Source: Nitrososphaeria archaeon
GTDB taxonomy: Archaea; Thermoproteota; Nitrososphaeria; JACIWG01
DNA: 64,000 bases
Direction of reading: 5' to 3'
NCBI GenBank assembly: GCA_050011875.1
Contig: JBEKIG010000001.1
Location: forward strand, 1 to 64,000
Shown in pieces: positions 31,064 through 41,060 of the stretch. The translations under genes were made by a program, and so were the position numbers. Within the stretch, counting starts at the first letter, position 1, and the number at the start of each line of letters is the position of its first letter. The notes beneath the pieces were generated by a model. The model ran no database searches. It was not told where the DNA came from and saw only the letters and a list, made by a program, of their open reading frames with translations.

Positions 31064-32299
31064 TTAATTGTCAGAGACTTTCATGCTAGACTGCTTAGAG
31101 CCCCAAGAGTATAGTTTTCGATGTAAGAAGTTGTCAGTTTTTGTTAGTACAAATGCTATAAATAACATAACCACTATGTAACTTAACAGAATTATTAGGT
31201 AAGACTGAATCGGGAGGTACATGAAATTATATGGACTTCCAAATATTGGTCCGCTCCAGGAAGCGGCATAATTACTCACTAAATCAAAATATTTGTGTAT
31301 GAAAGGCAGATTGATCAGAAAAAGGGCATAGGAATTGACCCCGACAAAAACGAAAGCATTAGTAATAATCTTGAGAGACTTCACCTTGACAAGTAAATTG
31401 TATAGAGTCCAAAGAAATAACGTTAGAGAAACACCATACAGTTGTCTTCCTATAGGCCAAACTACAGCAAAGTTCGCCAAGTAGAAACCTATAAAATAGA
31501 CTGGAACAAGAAATATCATGAACTTGAAGCTGGACAATATTTTCTCGAATTTTTCAAATCGATTCGCTAACACCATTCCAAATGCGAACTCGAAAAGCCA
31601 ACATCCTGCGAAGTAACCTGCAAGCGGACTTGAATTCATAAATATGTATAGAAAGATAGTCGATAATGCTCCCGTAAGAACCAAAAACTTTACATCCTTG
31701 ACACGAATCAGAAGGCCACGCAGAAGTGGAAAGAACATGAAAAGCTGTATTACCATGGTTATGAACCACAGGGCTGGATTAAGGACCCAAGCATTCGTAC
31801 TATTATCATAGAAGCCTAGATACATCCCCAAAATCTGCATATTTGTTGCCCCCCCCAAATGCACTTCTGCGAGCTTTCCGTACACAAGTACATCAAACGC
31901 TATTACCCCTGATAGGGCTATCCAGTATAGGGGATATATTCGTGAAAACCTTCTCCCGTAGTATCTGTAAGGTTCAAATGCGACCTTATTGGTTGAATAT
32001 ATTGCAAGGAAACCAGCGATTATGACGAAGACATGAACACCTTGGTAACCCATTTCAGTCAATTTCAAAATACTCTGTGAAATGGACGATAGTGATCTAA
32101 GGTCGAATCTGAAGTAAGTGGTGAAGAGGCCTGGAAAAAATGAGAAAAGGTCGTGATCAGCAGAAGTGCCATAGACGCCTTCATAGGCATGCTGCATGAT
32201 AATTCCAATGATCGCGATGCCCTTAAGAAAATCTGGTGCTTTCATTCTATCCATGAAAGTCATGTTTGGATACAGTTTCACAGTATATATATATTTCAA
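31064..32299 (-). CDS. Acyltransferase family 3 (OafA-like) membrane protein
   Basis: DFLKGIAIIGIIMQH, GVHVFVIIAGF, RRFSRIYPLYW and WFI motifs; about 10 TM segments. Confidence 0.88.
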   Translation of the reverse strand: MKYIYTVKLYPNMTFMDRMKAPDFLKGIAIIGIIMQHAYEGVYGTSADHDLFSFFPGLFTTYFRFDLRSLSSISQSILKLTEMGYQGVHVFVIIAGFLAIYSTNKVAFEPYRYYGRRFSRIYPLYWIALSGVIAFDVLVYGKLAEVHLGGATNMQILGMYLGFYDNSTNAWVLNPALWFITMVIQLFMFFPLLRGLLIRVKDVKFLVLTGALSTIFLYIFMNSSPLAGYFAGCWLFEFAFGMVLANRFEKFEKILSSFKFMIFLVPVYFIGFYLANFAVVWPIGRQLYGVSLTLFLWTLYNLLVKVKSLKIITNAFVFVGVNSYALFLINLPFIHKYFDLVSNYAASWSGPIFGSPYNFMYLPIQSYLIILLSYIVVMLFIAFVLTKTDNFLHRKLYSWGSKQSSMKVSDN

Positions 32300-32392
32300 G
32301 AAGGTGTTGTAAAGTTATCAGTTGATTTTTCTTAACAGTTTTTCTTGAGTTCTCCATAAAGTATATTATTCACATTTGAGAAAAATAATCTA

Positions 32393-32563
32393 ATGCACAG
32401 AAAATTAAAAAGATTATTGCATAATGCAACTGGCAGATCTGAGCATATCATGGTAGTTAATTTAGACATAAGGGGATTCACTCCTTTTTGCCAAGCTCAA
32501 GATTCTCTAAATGTTGCAACATATATTAAAAAAGTATATATGAAAATACTAGATGAATACTAG
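32393..32563 (+). pseudogene. N-terminal fragment of a class III nucleotide cyclase
   Basis: MHRKLKRLLHNATGRSEHIMVVNLDIRGFTPFCQAQDSLNVATYIKKVYMKILDEY*; DIRGFT motif, truncated before the GD motif. Confidence 0.65.
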
Positions 32564-32838
32564 AAAAAAGAGTTGAAGAAAAGGAATCAAAAATCAGTTA
32601 ATGGTTAACTGATCTCTAGCCTTTTCTATCAAGGAATAGGGGTTTAAAAAAGAAGATAGTGGCTAGTTGACTGGTCTAATGATATTTCCCTATCACTATC
32701 AGCATTTTAGAAGGCTCTTAAAATCGTTTCATGTAATTAAGACTCAATAAATCATTAGTCATAATAATAAAAGTTAACTATCCTTTTATACTTATTAAAA
32801 ATAATTTAAACAATTCACCTAACGGTTTTAACACTTGT

Positions 32839-34032
32839 TCATCCGGAGCCTAAATATTTTAACAAGATCATTGCATAGATCTTAGATGCATCAATAATCT
32901 GTTGAACTGGCAGGTTTTCATTAATCGTATGAGCCATCTTTATGTTCCCACATCCCAGAATGATAGTAGGAATCCCTGCCTTAACAAAATGTGACATCTC
33001 CGTTGTCGCAGGCATCCCTTCCACTCGAGGCTCAATGTTAACGGTTTCTTTGATAGCTTTCTTCGCTATTTCTACTATCTCTTCTGATAAATCAGTCTCT
33101 GAAGCTGGTTGAGAATTATATAGTTCGAGTTTAAACCTGAATTGTGGATCATCATTAGCGATCTTTGCAAGTTCCACCTTTAACTCACCTTCAATACCCT
33201 GTGGAGATTCATCTGGCAAAAGTCTTCTATCAATAGTTATTTCACAGGAATCCGGAACAATGTTATCTTTGGCACCTCCTCTTATTACACCGACAGAAAG
33301 CGTCGGCTTACCAAGGAAAGGATGTGAGTTGCTTGAATGGGAGTAGCTTGCTGCTATTTCTTCAAGCCTGTTGATGGCTTTTGACATTTTGTAAATAGCG
33401 TTTACACCCTCATCCGGATTGCTCGAATGCGCAAGCTTCCCGTATGTTATCAGATTAAAACGCGCAAACCCCTTGTGTGCGATGTTTATCTGTAGACCAC
33501 TAGGCTCCCCTACTATTGCGGCTGAGGCGTGATACCCTTTTTCCAGTATATCTTTTGCACCAAGGCATGAATCTTCTTCATCGGAAGTTAAAGCAATAAC
33601 GATGTCGCCTGCTAGTTCGACTTTTGACCTTACAATCGCCCTGAGAGCGCTTATGAACGCAGCAATTGAGCTCTTCATGTCGGCAGATCCTCTTCCATAC
33701 AATCTACCATCTTTAATGTCGCCACTTAGGGGGTTAGTTGTCCATTTTCCGAGGTCTCCAAAGGGAACAGTATCCAAGTGTCCATTGAAGATCAAGGATC
33801 TCACATTTGAGCGAGAGTGATAGACGCCGACGACGTTCGGTCTGTTAGGTTTGAAGTCATATTCTACGGTTTCCAACCCTGCAGCTCTGAGAATATCTGC
33901 CATAAAGTCCGCAAGTTCTTTTTCTTTCCCAGGTGGATTCTCACTGTCTATGCGGATCATCATTTGAGCTAATGAAATAGGGTCTTCTTTGGCGAGTTGG
34001 TTGAAAACCTCAGATTTAGGGTCTACTAGCAT
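32839..34032 (-). CDS. M20 family deacylase (ArgE/DapE-like)
   Basis: NGHLDTVP, GRGSADMK, SDEE, GEPS and AHTINE motifs. Confidence 0.9.
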   Translation of the reverse strand: MLVDPKSEVFNQLAKEDPISLAQMMIRIDSENPPGKEKELADFMADILRAAGLETVEYDFKPNRPNVVGVYHSRSNVRSLIFNGHLDTVPFGDLGKWTTNPLSGDIKDGRLYGRGSADMKSSIAAFISALRAIVRSKVELAGDIVIALTSDEEDSCLGAKDILEKGYHASAAIVGEPSGLQINIAHKGFARFNLITYGKLAHSSNPDEGVNAIYKMSKAINRLEEIAASYSHSSNSHPFLGKPTLSVGVIRGGAKDNIVPDSCEITIDRRLLPDESPQGIEGELKVELAKIANDDPQFRFKLELYNSQPASETDLSEEIVEIAKKAIKETVNIEPRVEGMPATTEMSHFVKAGIPTIILGCGNIKMAHTINENLPVQQIIDASKIYAMILLKYLGSG

Positions 34033-34114
34033 ATTAAAATAATTGAATGAGCAATATAAAAATCTTTTAATCCAGAGGCGAAGACTAGGAAATACCTAAA
34101 ACAACTCAAGTCAA

Positions 34115-35230
34115 GTGAATGTTTTGAGAAAATCTGGCATTGCTGACCTTCCACTTCATGGAGGAAGATGCCCAAGGTGGCTATTTCCAAAAATGGTGAA
34201 ACTTTCAAAAGAAATTTCAGAAACAATCATCCTAGAGTTCGGTAAAGAAGAGTTCCTAAGAAGGATTTCAGACCCCTTTTTCTTCCAATCCTTTGGATGC
34301 GCCGTAGGATTCGACTGGCACAGTTCAGGTCTAACAACTACATTAACAGGAGCACTCAAGGAAGCAATAAGTGTAGAAGAACATGGAATTGCAGTCTGTG
34401 GAGGTAAGGGAAGAATGTCTAAAAAGACTCTGGACGAACTAGACGAGGCAGGTCAGATCTTCTCTTTTTCAAGCGATAGGATTGAGAGACTAAAGTATAC
34501 GAGCAAAATAGTCGCTAAAGTAGACAATACTGCAATACAGTCTGGTTATCAACTTTATCACCACGTTTTCTTCGTTGATGAGAAAGGCAAATGGGCCGTT
34601 GTCCAACAGGGCATGAACCCAGCAAACGGCTACGCAAGAAGATATCATTGGCTTAGTGATGAGGTCAAAAGTTTTGTTGTTGAACCTCATTCGGCGATTG
34701 TTGGAGATAATGTAGAAAAGAAAGTCCTAAATCTGACTTCTGTTAAAAGCACTGAAACACAGAAGACTATAACCGACGTTTCACGAGAGAAACCGCATAA
34801 AATACAGAACATGTTGCAAGAATTGCACGATAGATCCTGTATCACACTACTAGACTGGATAAACCCTTCAACAAAGAAGCTCGAAGCAGACCATCTTGTT
34901 ATGCCTAGGAACATTGATTGGGAAGCGGTTAGACAGCTTTATGACAAACAGCCTGAAAACTTTGAGGAAGTTCTTATGACCAATGGGGTTGGGCCGAACA
35001 CTTTAAGGGCACTTGCATTGATTTCAAACCTAATTTATGGAACTGAAATTGACTGGAAAGATCCCATTAAATATAGTTTCAGTGTGGGAGGAAAAGATGG
35101 AGTTCCCTTTCCAATAGATAGACAAGCATACAGTAATTCTACCAAATTTCTTAAGGAAGCCATAGAAAATGCGAGAATAGGGAAGGATGAACAGGTTAAA
35201 GCACTGAGAAGATTAGGGAATTTGGTTTGA
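34115..35230 (+). CDS. DUF763 domain protein
   Basis: ADLPLHGG, DWHSSGLTT, AKVDN, VVQQGMN and GGKDGVP motifs. Confidence 0.9.
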   Translation: MNVLRKSGIADLPLHGGRCPRWLFPKMVKLSKEISETIILEFGKEEFLRRISDPFFFQSFGCAVGFDWHSSGLTTTLTGALKEAISVEEHGIAVCGGKGRMSKKTLDELDEAGQIFSFSSDRIERLKYTSKIVAKVDNTAIQSGYQLYHHVFFVDEKGKWAVVQQGMNPANGYARRYHWLSDEVKSFVVEPHSAIVGDNVEKKVLNLTSVKSTETQKTITDVSREKPHKIQNMLQELHDRSCITLLDWINPSTKKLEADHLVMPRNIDWEAVRQLYDKQPENFEEVLMTNGVGPNTLRALALISNLIYGTEIDWKDPIKYSFSVGGKDGVPFPIDRQAYSNSTKFLKEAIENARIGKDEQVKALRRLGNLV

Positions 35231-35268
35231 AATAAGCTTTAATAGACGCAGGACGGCGTCAATTTACA

Positions 35269-36225
35269 ATGCCTGAAGACAGCAAATATGATGTAATCAT
35301 AGTTGGTGCGGGGGTTTCAGGACTTACAGCAGGAATTTATACGTGTCGCAAAAGCCTTAAAACGCTAATAATATCCAAAGACGTCGGAGGACAGGCTCTG
35401 ATCGCCAAGGAGATAGAAAATTATCCTGGAGTCGAGAGAACGGGGGGCGCAGATCTTGTTCAGAAAGTCTTAGCGCAGGCACAGAGCTTTGGTGCTGAAA
35501 TTATTTTGGACGAAGTTGAATCCGTACTTAAAAAAGGTGAGGGAGAATTTCATATTCAAACATCTCATGGAGAGTATTTGGCAAAAGCAGTCATTATCGC
35601 TTCAGGAAAGATTCCTAGAGATCTGAATGTGCCAGGTGAAGATAGGTTCAAAGGTATGGGGGTATCTTATTGTGCTATATGCGATGCTCCATTATACAAA
35701 AACAAGAAAGTGTTGGTTGTTGGTGATGGGAGCTATGCTTTTGACGCCGTAATTCTTCTTTCAAAATATGCTAAAGAAGTTCATTTTGTTTTAAAGAGAA
35801 AAGATTTACCGAGAGATCAAGAGGACATCAACCTTTTTGAGGAAACTAAAAACGTAACCATATATTATGACACGATTGTCAAAGAAGTGAAGGGGACTTT
35901 TAAAGTCGTTTCTGTGGTTCTAGAATCGATTGGGAAAAACGTTTTTGAACTACCCGTTGACGGAGTTTTTGTTGAATTAGGGTACGAGATCAAGGTTGAA
36001 CCGTTCAAGAATCTGGTGACATTAGACGAGAGAAAACAGGTTGTCGTAACCGGTAAGAACGAGACGTCTACGTCGGGAGTATTTGCCTCAGGAGATGTTA
36101 CAAACACACCCTTCAAACAGTTTGTAATATCAGCCTCAGAAGGGGCTAAAGCAGCTCTTTCAGCCTACGAATATGTGCAGAAGATATCTGGTAAACCTGC
36201 GGTAACAATCGACTGGCATAGTTGA
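35269..36225 (+). CDS. trxB: Thioredoxin-disulfide reductase
   Basis: IVGAGVSG, IENYPG, GVSYCAICD and GVFASGD motifs. Confidence 0.88.
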   Translation: MPEDSKYDVIIVGAGVSGLTAGIYTCRKSLKTLIISKDVGGQALIAKEIENYPGVERTGGADLVQKVLAQAQSFGAEIILDEVESVLKKGEGEFHIQTSHGEYLAKAVIIASGKIPRDLNVPGEDRFKGMGVSYCAICDAPLYKNKKVLVVGDGSYAFDAVILLSKYAKEVHFVLKRKDLPRDQEDINLFEETKNVTIYYDTIVKEVKGTFKVVSVVLESIGKNVFELPVDGVFVELGYEIKVEPFKNLVTLDERKQVVVTGKNETSTSGVFASGDVTNTPFKQFVISASEGAKAALSAYEYVQKISGKPAVTIDWHS

Positions 36226-36300
36226 ATCAATGATAAACCGCAGTTTTTAGTAAATAGTCCTAATCAAAAGATTTTTATCTATTAGTCATTAAGACGTTTT

Positions 36301-37605
36301 ATGGCTAGTCTAGAAGAATTTATTCAGAACATTTGGATCATGGATACGCATGAACACACTGTTCCGGAGCAGGAAAGGATCAGTCAACCGGCTGACCCAC
36401 TGCGGATATTTTTATCACATTATGCTTCATCAGATCTTATTTCAGCCGGACTAAGTGTCGATGACTACGGAAGATCAATCGACCTGAATATACCGCTTAT
36501 CGAGCGATGGAAAATCATTGAACCCTTTTGGCTCAAAGCACAGAATACTGCCTACTTTAATTCTCTCAAGATCGCAGCTAAGGACATTTATGGAATTGAA
36601 GAAATAAACGGAGGGACAATAGAGGAGCTTTCACGAAGAATGAAGAGTATGAACAAAAGTGGACTTTACAGGTCTATCTTAAAAGACAGAGCGAAGATCG
36701 AGCGCTCGATTTTCGATGGAATAAATGATATCATCGACGTGGACAGAGAATTTTTTTCACCAGTTGTAAGACTTGAAGACTTTATAATTATACGTAGCAG
36801 AGAAAACATCAGAAGTTTAAGTCTTACGTTAAAGACTCCTATACATTCCCTTAGAGACCTAGAAAGGGCGTTGGAACTGAAGGTCGAAAGTATTTTGGAC
36901 AAGATCGTGGGCTTCAAGATCGCCTTAGCATATAAAAGAAAGATCTACTTCGAAAAGGTTACGTTCGATGACGCAGAAAAGGTGTTTAACAAAATAATTA
37001 GTTCCAAGGACACCTATGTAAGATGCACGAGACCCGACGGAGTTAGGGTTACCTTATCAGACGAAATTTCGATAGAGGAAGGACGGTGCCTTCAAGACCA
37101 TATGGTTCACAAGATGCTCCAGCTTGCTTCCAAATATACCCTGCCGGTTCAGGTTCACACAGGTATACAGGAGGGAAATCTTAATTTGGTCAGCAACTCC
37201 AACCCGATCTACTTAGCCAACCTTTTCATGGAATATGATGACGTCAAGTTCGATATCTTCCATGGATCATACCCCTATACTAAGGAGCTTGCAACAATTG
37301 CTAAGAACTTCCCTAACGTTTACGCCGATCTGAGTTGGCTACATATAGTTTCACCAACTTCGGCGAAGGAAGTGCTGAGAGACTGGCTGGACACTATCCC
37401 ATCGAATAAGATACTGGGATTCGGTGGAGACTACAGATTTGTAGAAGGAATATATGCTCACTCGAAGATGGCTAGAGAGGACATAGCAACCGTACTAAGG
37501 GAAAAGGTGGATGAAGGAAGGTTCAGTGAAGATGAAGCAAAACTTATAGCAAGAATAATTTTAAGAGACAACGTCCTAGAAGTATTCAACAGAGTAAAAG
37601 TTTGA
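36301..37605 (+). CDS. Amidohydrolase-2 family metal-dependent hydrolase (uronate-isomerase-like)
   Basis: DTHEH, QVHTG, IFHGSYPY and GFGGD motifs. Confidence 0.85.
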   Translation: MASLEEFIQNIWIMDTHEHTVPEQERISQPADPLRIFLSHYASSDLISAGLSVDDYGRSIDLNIPLIERWKIIEPFWLKAQNTAYFNSLKIAAKDIYGIEEINGGTIEELSRRMKSMNKSGLYRSILKDRAKIERSIFDGINDIIDVDREFFSPVVRLEDFIIIRSRENIRSLSLTLKTPIHSLRDLERALELKVESILDKIVGFKIALAYKRKIYFEKVTFDDAEKVFNKIISSKDTYVRCTRPDGVRVTLSDEISIEEGRCLQDHMVHKMLQLASKYTLPVQVHTGIQEGNLNLVSNSNPIYLANLFMEYDDVKFDIFHGSYPYTKELATIAKNFPNVYADLSWLHIVSPTSAKEVLRDWLDTIPSNKILGFGGDYRFVEGIYAHSKMAREDIATVLREKVDEGRFSEDEAKLIARIILRDNVLEVFNRVKV

Positions 37606-37715
37606 TTTTTATTCAAACAGGTATACAACAAGTCTAGTAGGACTTGTACCAAAATGGATTAATGTTCTTATGGGATGATCTGGGGATATGGCGTTTTAGC
37701 GTATTCAAGTTCATA

Positions 37716-37865
37716 CTATTTATTCTCCAATTGCTCTAGTGCAGATTGAAGATTTTCGACTACTTCTCTTGCTAGTATGTCTAGGGAGGGAAGGTTTTCA
37801 GTGTCTTCTAGACTTTCGTCTTTGAGCCAAAATATGTCTAGGTTTCTTTTATCGCGTTTTATGAT
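37716..37865 (-). pseudogene. hsdM: C-terminal remnant of type I restriction-modification methyltransferase HsdM
   Basis: IIKRDKRNLDIFWLKDESLEDTENLPSLDILAREVVENLQSALEQLENK*; RDKxxLDIFWLKDxS is the typical C-terminus of EcoKI-like HsdM. Confidence 0.75.
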
Positions 37866-37895
37866 GCCCGATCAAGTCGATGAACGCAAAGAAAC

Positions 37896-38123
37896 CAAGG
37901 AAAGTCAAGGAAAGCATAAGGAAAGTAAGATATTGGAGGAATTAGAAAAGAATACTCAATGGAACGTTATTGCGCAAAGTATTTTATACAACTCTATTTT
38001 ATACAACTTATTAAATTTGCCAAGAAGGTAGGCCCTGATTATCTGCACATCGGTATCGGAGGTATCCTTCTAGCCCTACTAGACTTCCGTCAAATGCGTC
38101 AAAAGGGCCGTCAAATGCGTCAG
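37896..38123. repeat. Cluster of short direct repeats (iteron-like)
   Basis: AAGGAAAG x3, TATTTTATACAACT x2, CCGTCAAATGCGTCA x2. Confidence 0.7.
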
Positions 38124-38386
38124 ATCACATGTTACAATGCGCCAGTTTTGCCAGCGTTCAAATTATACCATATCATTTACCATATGAAACCCTTAGCATA
38201 CCAGTTATTGCTAGAGGATAATAAGTCAATCAGCATACTTCACTATCATATAGGTAGCCTAAGACATACACAGGGACTGCGGATTGTACTGGGATGTCTG
38301 GTGTTGTAGAGGGTTTAAACCGTTAATTGGTGCTCAATAGGGTACCCTAAAGACGCTACCCTTAAGAGCGCCCATGACCAACCTTA

Positions 38387-38917
38387 TTGGACTTGACGTT
38401 CGTCGTATGTCCCCTGTGCGGTAAGATGACCAGCTTAAGGGCGTTCAAACCTCAGTTATTGGACCTCGATATCTACGCTCAGGATGTAAAGGGGCTCGGT
38501 CGGGGTAGAGGGTTCAAGGTCGTCGGCAGAGGTTCGGCCCTTGATAAACCGTCGGTTACTGAGCCGATAAAAGGTAGGCTTCTTGACCTGTCCCTGATGC
38601 TGTACAGAGAGGGATTGTTATCCAAGGAGGAGCTGGTTAAAAGATTTGACTTAATCCTACCAAAGGATTATCAGGCGCTCGAAGAGGAACGTGACGTATT
38701 GCAGGCTGATCTTGAAGAGGCAGAGGAAGGATTTTCAGGCAAGCTGAACGATTTGACCGATCTTATAGCCGACGCGTTGGGGGAAGACAGAGAAGACTGG
38801 GAGGCCGAAATAGAAGGAGAAGGGAAAGATAGAGCCTACGCCACCCTCAGATATGCACTAGAAAGGTTAATAGATGAGTATCAAGCAATTAAAGCTATGC
38901 AGGAGGAGAAATCATAG
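38387..38917 (+). CDS. Hypothetical element protein (N-terminal CxxC, acidic coiled coil)
   Basis: CPLCG; higher GC than flanking DNA; abuts the next ORF. Confidence 0.7.
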   Translation: MDLTFVVCPLCGKMTSLRAFKPQLLDLDIYAQDVKGLGRGRGFKVVGRGSALDKPSVTEPIKGRLLDLSLMLYREGLLSKEELVKRFDLILPKDYQALEEERDVLQADLEEAEEGFSGKLNDLTDLIADALGEDREDWEAEIEGEGKDRAYATLRYALERLIDEYQAIKAMQEEKS

Positions 38918-39424
38918 ATGTTAGAAGAATCGAGCAAGACAGGGGATCAAGAGAAAATATCAGCATGCAGCTTAGATAGTCTTGGGAAGCTGTACGAGAA
39001 ACATCCTAAAGTTCTCTTCATCGCTACAAAGGAGGATAAAATGTACTTCGCCCAAAAGTTTGTGGATGTCGTTTCGCCTGATGGTGTCACAATCGTTCCA
39101 GTGCAGGCGGGTGGATCTTGCGAAATTATCGAAAAACTTGGGCTCGACACACCCACAGCAGTACTAGTAGAAAAGGGAAAGGTGAAGGACCGAGTTACCC
39201 TGCAGAACGACGACGTTAAAGATACGATTAGTTTAATGAAGGTTTTGTCGGAGAAGCCATCCGAGGTTAGATCATGCGAGGCCAAGCTTACCGTCGATGG
39301 CAAGGGTTGGGGGATTAAACTTGAACCAGGCTCACCGTGCGAGAGGGAAATATCCAACCTCTCCAAGCTGCCGCCCTCCGTCCAAAAGTATGTAACAAAG
39401 CACATAGAAACGGCCGATAAGTGA
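38918..39424 (+). CDS. Hypothetical protein, possibly degenerate thioredoxin-like fold
   Basis: CEIIEKLGLDTPTAVLVEKGKV resembles the Trx cis-Pro strand; no CxxC. Confidence 0.6.
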   Translation: MLEESSKTGDQEKISACSLDSLGKLYEKHPKVLFIATKEDKMYFAQKFVDVVSPDGVTIVPVQAGGSCEIIEKLGLDTPTAVLVEKGKVKDRVTLQNDDVKDTISLMKVLSEKPSEVRSCEAKLTVDGKGWGIKLEPGSPCEREISNLSKLPPSVQKYVTKHIETADK

Positions 39425-39666
39425 ACTCTTGAGCGATCGTGCTCGTAGCACGCACACGTTATTAGGAATTATGATTTCCCAGTTTATTATGGGTTTAGCC
39501 TAGAAATATTTGATTAGCAGCACCTATTCTCATAGATAAATCAGATGTGCAAGAACGTGAAAGCCTTATCGAAAAAGTCATAATTGAAATGAATATATGC
39601 AATTATTTACATGAACTGTATTTGCCTATAAAATTGAACTTTTTTTAAAGACTTAAACCTAAAGGA

Positions 39667-39691
39667 GGGTTCAAATCCCACCGGGCCCGCC
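39667..39691 (+). other. Orphan tRNA 3' half (att core; tRNA-Lys/Arg-like)
   Basis: GGG-TTCAAAT-CCCAC-CGGGCCC-G-CC gives the T-loop, acceptor 3' strand and discriminator G; no 5' half upstream; 55 bp before the integrase. Confidence 0.85.
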
Positions 39692-39746
39692 TATAATTAA
39701 GTGCGAATACTTTATTTAGCAGATATTAGATAGCAGACTTAAGAAA

Positions 39747-41060
39747 ATGCCGCACAAGGAAAATTCAAAATACGATAGTATCGTGCCTGATATTAGACGG
39801 TGGCTTGATAACATAGAGCGTGGAAGTCCCCTCACCGCCGAAGTCGCGTTCAGAAGGCTTGGAAGAGCATGCGAACTGCTGAAACTCACTCCAAAGGAAA
39901 TGGTCGCGCGCGCAAGAGAAGACCTTAAAACATTCCAAGACAGCCTTGAAGACCTAGTCAACAGACTCGAAGAAGAGAAGAAGGCACCCCAGTACATAGC
40001 CGGCATACTCAAAAACGTCCGCTCATGGCTGAGATACAATGATATTACTCTTACTCGCAAGATCAAGATTAGGAATATATCATCTACGCCGACCATAGAA
40101 GACGAGCAGGTGCCATCGCAAGAAGAGTTAGCGAGAATATTCAGAAATTCCTCAAACAGAGCAAGATTGGCGGCTGTGTTGATGGCGTTCGCGGACCTAA
40201 GACCTGAATCAATAGGGAACTATAACGGCTCTGACGGACTAAAATTGAGCGACCTACCTGAAATAAGGATTGAGAACGGACAGGTTGTTTTCGATAAGAT
40301 GCCAACTATGATAGTTGTTAGGGCGTCGTTGAGTAAGGCAAGACACAAGCACTTCACTTTCCTTTCAAGCGAAGGCTTCACCTACTTGAAGGAATATCTT
40401 GAAGAAAGGATCAGATTGGGAGAGAAACTTACTGCAACTAGCCCGCTTATCACACACGAGAGAGTCGAAGCAGCAACAAAGCCATTCATGCTCACGAGAA
40501 AGATTACAGAACTCATTCGGAAAGCAATGAGGAAGGCAGGTGTGCGCAAGAGGCCTTATGTTCTCAGAGCGTACGCTGAAACACAGCTGATTATCGCGGA
40601 GTCAAAAGCAAAGATTTCTCATCCATATCTTCAATTCATAGCCGGACACAAGGGAGACATTGAAGCAAGATACTCTACTAACAAAGGTAGACTACCGCCG
40701 AACATGATCGAGGACATAAGGGAAGCATATAGGTTATGTGAGCCGTTTCTATCTACAATAGCACAGCCGATAGAGCAGATTACGATAATCAAGGAAGCGA
40801 AGATCGAAGCGTTGAAGAGCATTGCGAAGACCATGTTTGGGATAGACCTTCTTGAGGTGAAGATAGCGAAGGAGAATGAAGAAAACAAGGAGCTGACACA
40901 GGATGAAACAATCGAGCTGTTCGAATCTGAAATGAAGAAGACGAGGGAGCAGCCTGATCCGCAGGTAATAGTTGAAGAGAAAGAGCTCGAGAACTACCTC
41001 AAAGATGGATGGCAGTTCGTCAGCGTACTGCCGAGCCGAAGAGTACTAATAAGAAAGTAG
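39747..41060 (+). CDS. Tyrosine recombinase / site-specific integrase
   Basis: Catalytic set LRPE (R), SK, YVLR (Y for H, R), GH and ARY (Y); N-terminal SAM-like domain; C-terminal extension. Confidence 0.92.
   Translation: MPHKENSKYDSIVPDIRRWLDNIERGSPLTAEVAFRRLGRACELLKLTPKEMVARAREDLKTFQDSLEDLVNRLEEEKKAPQYIAGILKNVRSWLRYNDITLTRKIKIRNISSTPTIEDEQVPSQEELARIFRNSSNRARLAAVLMAFADLRPESIGNYNGSDGLKLSDLPEIRIENGQVVFDKMPTMIVVRASLSKARHKHFTFLSSEGFTYLKEYLEERIRLGEKLTATSPLITHERVEAATKPFMLTRKITELIRKAMRKAGVRKRPYVLRAYAETQLIIAESKAKISHPYLQFIAGHKGDIEARYSTNKGRLPPNMIEDIREAYRLCEPFLSTIAQPIEQITIIKEAKIEALKSIAKTMFGIDLLEVKIAKENEENKELTQDETIELFESEMKKTREQPDPQVIVEEKELENYLKDGWQFVSVLPSRRVLIRK

Noticed and set aside
37777-38309. 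Plus-strand ORFs 37777-38031 and 37959-38309
   Set aside because: They read through the hsdM scar (opposite strand) and short DNA repeats, and have no protein-like features.
39667-39691. Functional tRNA gene
   Set aside because: Only the T-loop and acceptor 3' strand are present; upstream sequence cannot form D or anticodon arms, and the T-stem is mismatched.
39747-41060. Integron integrase IntI or chromosomal XerA
   Set aside because: It is longer, has YxxR rather than HxxR and a C-terminal extension, shows no recognisable IntI insertion, and sits beside a tRNA-derived core.
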